NCBI GenBank assembly: GCA_002269645.1 | Contig: NIVC01003672.1 | Coordinates: 42,664 to 106,663 of the forward strand | Source: Macrostomum lignano | Taxonomy: Eukaryota | Length of the DNA stretch: 64,000 nt | Direction: 5' to 3' | Shown: positions 58,535 through 64,000 of the stretch, piece by piece | Numbering within the stretch: position 1 is the first letter of the stretch | Layout of the letters: every line of letters begins with the position of its first letter | Translations under genes and position numbers: made by a program | Notes under the pieces: model-generated | Databases searched by the model: none | Told to the model about the DNA's origin: nothing | What the model saw: the letters and a program-made list of their open reading frames with translations, nothing else

Positions 58535-59015
58535 CTCGAATACCTGAATACCCGAATACCCGAATGCCCGAACACCCAAATATCCGAATACCCAAATACC
58601 GAATGCAGAAATAACCGAATACCCGAATACCCAAATACCCGAATACCCGAATACCCGAATACCCGAATAACCGAATACCCGAATACCCGAGCACCTAAAT
58701 ACCCGAATACCCGAATGCCCGAACACCTAAATACCCGAATACTCAAATACCCGAATACCCGAATACCCGAATACCCGAATACCCGAATACCCGAATACCC
58801 AAATACTCAAATACCCGAATACCCGAATACCCGAATACCCGAATACCCGAACACCTAAATACCCGAATACCCGAATACCCGAATACCCGAATACCCGAAT
58901 ACCCGAATACCCGAATACCCGAATACCCGAATGCCCGAATACCCGAATACCCGATTACCCGAATACCCGAATACCCGAATACCCGAATACCCGAATACCC
59001 GAATACCCGAATACC
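58535..59015. repeat. (ACCCGAAT)n 8-bp repeat
   Basis: Direct reading. Confidence 0.96.
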
Positions 59016-59360
59016 CTGAATTTTTAGACCCGAAATTTTCTGAATCCTGATTTCGCCGAGTTTTTCGAAACCCAGATTCTCTATTTTCGAAATCTTAACT
59101 ATAAATAGTAGGGCGTCGGTTACTTTACCTTTACGAGGGCGGCTTCCCACAATCTCTAATCAATCAATAGTCCCATCAGCTAGCTTGCAGTAGGACAGGT
59201 GCAAGCTCCCATATGAAATCCTTTTATTAAATAAGACTCTCCTTTCACGCACAAATGCCCGTCGTTGCTTTCAAAAGAGATCCGACAGAACGCAAGCAAG
59301 TTTCTAAATACTATACGCTCGTGTTTCTTGGAAGTTTTGTCGACCGGGAAAGGCAATAAA

Positions 59361-59425
<65 letters not shown>

Positions 59426-60689
59426 TGGGAATGCGCGAGATGCAACGCCGGTGCCCTTGACTTGACCAACGGAAGATAGAATAAACAGAAGAGAAACTTC
59501 AGCTTCTCCCTCTCTTTGATTTGATTTTTCCTGCATATTTGTATGCATTTGCCTCACGCGGGGACCATGGACAGCGAAACTATAATTGTACAGCAACGCT
59601 CAAAATGTACAGTTTGGGTTTACTCAACGGGTGCGGAGAAGATCTGCTTTCTTTGCACAGCGTTGAATGGGGTTTCGCCATAGACAAAATCTGTATAGAA
59701 AAATCTGCTCTGGTCGGCAACCTTTTTTACCTTAAGTGCCAGGTAGACAGAGGAATTTGGAGAGGAGAGGGGAGGCGAGAGAAGGGCGAGAAGGGGAGAT
59801 AAAAGAGAAGTGATTACGAGCTATTAGAGAAGAGAGCTAAGAAGAGACTCAAGCCTTGACCGGGGCCGGATTGTTATTGTGAAGTTTCAAAGGACCCGAG
59901 GTGGAATACGAATCTCCCTAGGGTGAGATGTTGTGAATTTAGACCAAAAAAAACTTTGGAAACCTGCCTCCAGTGAAATTTGCACGAACTGCTATAGTGT
60001 AGCACCCTTCTGCCTCAGCTGTCCATGGCATGGATGTCCTTGGTAGGTTTTACTATTTTCGATCCTTGCCATCGTTCCCAATCCGGCTGAAGCTGGTGCG
60101 ATGTTTCCCCCTAAGGCGCGAACTTTGAATGATGAATTTCGATAAGAAAAACCATCCCCCAGTCTTCCCCAGCAGTTTTGGTTCCTTAAAGTGCAAATAA
60201 TATTGAATGCCTCTTCCACACACTGGGCAATAGAGAGAGATGGGGTTACTTTAATTTGGTTCCCAGGATAGTGACGTAGTCAGGCCCAGTCGAGTCATGT
60301 GATTTGACCGGGCGGCCTCTGCCCAGCTGCTTTTGTTCCCTTTGACAACTAAGCGCGGAGCAATGCCCGGTGTTACTAGCTCGCATTGTCCCGACCCGAC
60401 TGAGGGCGAATCCCTTTTTCTGTCTTTATATTGTTGCTTCAAAGGAAATACTATCTTCTGCTTTTTGCCTTTTTTATCTCCTTGACTAGCTGAATCAGAA
60501 GGTATGCAAGAATCGTGTAACTAACATCGTACCCTCGTTCTCAATGCAAAAGTAGTTTTTTTACCAAGTTGAAGCAGTGAACTTGATAATTCTGATCAAA
60601 TTCTGAGACAGTCTATGAGAGAAGTTGCTGCTGGCATCCTTGATCTTTGTGCTGATGTCTATGGCCGAGTTATCAACTTGTCTATGGGC

Positions 60690-60930
60690 CAATCATTGCA
60701 GGATCGAGAATGGGGAAAGACGACTGGTGAAAAGATCTCGATATAAAGAGAACCAGGGGTGACATTGTACCCAGATCTATCACTGAGGTTCGCGTTGCTT
60801 TGAAGCAACGGGGAGCAGCGGCGAGGACAAAATTTGCTGTGACTCGATTTGTTAAAGAGAAGTCCACCGTAACGTTAAGGGAGATGAAGGAGAAGCTGGA
60901 AGCCGAACTTCTAGGCAATCAGCCATCGCC
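60690..60930 (+). pseudogene. Tc1/IS630-like transposase N-terminal HTH fragment (second copy at ~62073-62270)
   Basis: IIAGSRMGKDDW*KDLDIKRT...RVALKQRG...TRFVKEKSTVTLREMKEKL resembles Tc1-type DNA-binding regions and occurs twice in diverged form. Confidence 0.45.
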
Positions 60931-61144
60931 TAGGCAATTTTCATCTTTTGATACCAGGGTATGTCTTGATTTTCTTATAGTTCAGGGATCGGCAAACTTT
61001 TTTACCTCAAGGGTCAGATAGAGAATCTAGTGGCATGACTGCAGGCCAGGGGAGGGGAGAGAGGAGAGGGTCAAATGGAATAGAGAAAATAGGAGAAAGG
61101 AGAGGCGAAGGAATAATGGAGAGGAGAGGATGAAGAGAGTATTG

Positions 61145-61496
61145 GAGAGGAGAAGAGGAGAGGAGAGGAGAGGAGAGGAGAGGAGAGGAGAGGAGAGGAG
61201 AGGAGAGGAGAGGAGAGGAGAGGAGAGGAGAGGAGAGGAGAGAGAGAGGAGAGGAGAGGAGAGGAGAGGAGAGGAGAGGAGAGGAGAGGAGAGGAGAGAG
61301 AGGAGAGGAGAGGAGAGGAGAGGAGAGAGAGGAGAGGAGAGGAGAGGAGAGGAGAGGAGAGGAGAGGAGAGGAGAGGAGAGGAGAGGAGAGGAGAGGAGA
61401 GGAGAGGAGAGGAGAGGAGAGGAGAGGAGAGGAGAGGAGAGGAGAGGAGAGGAGAGGAGAGGAGAGGAGAGGAGAGGAGAGGAGAGGAGAGGAGAG

Positions 61497-61556
<60 letters not shown>
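61145..61556. repeat. (GAGAG)n grading into (GA)n
   Basis: Direct reading. Confidence 0.96.
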
Positions 61557-61560
<4 letters not shown>

Positions 61561-61905
61561 ACTTGACCAACGGAAGATAGAATAAACAGAAGAGAAACTT
61601 CAGCTTCTCTCTCTCTCTATTTGATTTGATTTTTCCTGCATATTTGTATGCATTTGCCTCACGCAGGGACCATGGACAGCTAAACTAGAAGTGTACAGCA
61701 ACGCTCAAAATGTACAGTTTGCGTTTACTCAACGGATGCGGAGAAGATCTGCTTTCTTTGCACAGCGTTGAATGGGGTTTCGCCATAGACAAAATCTGTA
61801 TAGGAAAATCTGCTCTGGTCGGCAACCTTTTTTACCTTAAGTGCCAGGTAGACAGAGGAATTTGGAGAGGGAGGGAGGCGAGAGAAGGGCGAGAAGGGAG
61901 ATAAA

Positions 61906-61976
<71 letters not shown>

Positions 61977-63529
61977 GAGAACAGACACAACCTTGCGTTA
62001 GAGAGCGAGCGAGCGGCTATTGTGAAGTTTCAAAGGACCTTGAAGGCCGGACAGACAGGCTTACACGCGTACATCATTGCAGGATCGAGAACGGCGAGAG
62101 AGAGACTACTGGCGAAAGACCTCGATATAAAGAGAACCAAGGCCGACATCGAACACAGATCTGTCACTGAAGTTTGCGTTGCTTTGAAACATTAAGGGAG
62201 GGTGGGGGCATTAACGTTAAGGGAGATGAAGGAGAAACTGGAAGCCGAACTTTTAGGCAATGAGCCGTCGCCTGGACTGCCCACTGTACATCAGGGGTTT
62301 GGCAAACTTTTTGACGTCAAAGGTCAGATAAAAAAATCTAGTGGTATGACTGCGGGCCAGGGGAGGGAGAGAGGAAGGGGCCAGAGGGAATAGAGAAGAG
62401 ATAATAGAGATAGGAGAAAGGAGAGACGAAGGAATAAATGGAGAACAGAGGAGAAGAAGAGAGGAGAGGAGAGAGAAAAGAGGAGAGGAGAAATTTGTTA
62501 CAATTTGCCGTTCGGAAGACCGTGTTGCTAAAACTGGCTCCCTTTGCCAAATTTGAATGCACACTTGAACTGATTCTGCATAGTTGGCCATAAACATATT
62601 GCCGCAAGGTTAAGCTTTGCCTATGGGCTTGCCAAAAATGAAGACACTTTGCCAAAGATCGAAATAGTATTTATCAACATGGCTGACCAAAGCAACACTG
62701 ACGTGTGGGGACAGGATGCTACCATTCTGAAAACTGAGTTTTCTTCTTAATCTTCTTCAACATCGTTTCCGTCAGAGTTATCATTATCAGCTCCCGGTGC
62801 AGGTGCACTGCACTCGCATGGAGGTCGCTTTTTCATAGATTTGACTGAACATGAAAAAATGAGAAGTCAACTGGCTACTAAGCCATCGATAAGCAGCTCA
62901 AGGAAAGTTCGCTCAGCTGATTTAAATCCATTCTAGACTATCAGTGTCATTAACTCGCTTCACTGCTCATCGAAGGTTCATTTTAAGCGAAAGAAATAAA
63001 CTTGATCTGAAATCTGGAATCCTTGATAGGGTCTGTCCTTGAAGTCAAAGAGAGCTAAATTTTAAACCGCGAGCTTTTTATAGAATATTGCAATAACTCC
63101 CAGGTGAAGAACTGCTGGATCTCCCTGCGGAAAAAGTTCCATCTTATTTTTCTCTCAAGCACCCCGGCGATTCCCCCATTCTCTAAAATCCAATCTCTTT
63201 TTTCCCAGTGCGCCTGCTTGTCGCTCGACGCGCCCAATCCGATGGTTATCTGACTGATTGTGAGAATGCGGGGGTGGGACTCGAATGACTCGGATAGCCA
63301 GAAAATAATTGGGGGCACCGAGTATCCTGCAATGCCTATATAGACTTACACTGAGTAAAAAATCTTGCACGATATCTTCTTCATCAACCATGGGAGAATT
63401 ATGAGTTATAAGGGTAAACTTTTTACTTCGCTAGAGAGCAATCAAGCAGCAAGCCTGATGTCCTTTGCAACATTTTCACAAGATTTATTGGTGATTTAGG
63501 ACTTTCTGGTTGGCTGATAGATAAAGTAA

Positions 63530-63611
<82 letters not shown>

Positions 63612-63613
63612 AA

Positions 63614-63687
<74 letters not shown>

Positions 63688-63709
63688 ATTAGATAGATAG
63701 ATAGCATAG

Positions 63710-63740
<31 letters not shown>

Positions 63741-63806
63741 GATAGATAGATAGCTAGATAGATAGATAGATAGATAGATGATAGATAGATAGATAGATAG
63801 ATAGAT

Positions 63807-63850
<44 letters not shown>

Positions 63851-63871
63851 GATAGTAGTAATAGATAGATA

Positions 63872-63904
<33 letters not shown>

Positions 63905-63910
63905 ACCAGG

Positions 63911-63973
<63 letters not shown>

Positions 63974-64000
63974 TAATAGATAGATAGATAGATAGATAGA
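63530..64000. repeat. (GATA)n microsatellite running off the window end
   Basis: Direct reading. Confidence 0.97.

Overview
This is eukaryotic, very repeat-rich animal DNA. GC-rich exons, introns filled with minisatellites and long (GACA)n/(GATA)n/(CTA)n tracts suggest an invertebrate such as a free-living flatworm, but that is inference only. Two host genes can be rebuilt from splice signals: an 11-exon coiled-coil gene on + (5448-11823, 752 aa, weakly CCDC154-like C-terminus) and a class A neuropeptide GPCR on - (two coding exons found, 47738-51751; vasopressin/oxytocin-CCAP/NPS-GnRH receptor group). Between them lies a ~33 kb transposon field: (1) a young Mag-like Ty3/Gypsy element with identical 187-bp LTRs and a 5-bp TSD; (2) a LINE endonuclease fragment; (3) an internally deleted mariner; (4) a Crypton/DUF3504-like relic interrupted by a P-element/THAP transposon with perfect 100-bp TIRs; (5) a near-complete LOA/R1-group LINE sitting in phase inside a (GACA)n microsatellite; (6) a second, decayed Gypsy with the same primer-binding site as the first; (7) an Ingi/I-group-like LINE starting with a 2A ribosome-skipping motif and two PHD fingers. 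The right end holds hAT MITEs, a tRNA-derived SINE, a decayed local duplication and simple repeats. The most unusual observations are the LINE inside the microsatellite (with a TAATG stop-start junction and a splice-acceptor-like 5' region) and an 8-copy tandem amplification of the GPCR exon/intron junction at the DRY motif. All of this was read by eye; no searches were run.
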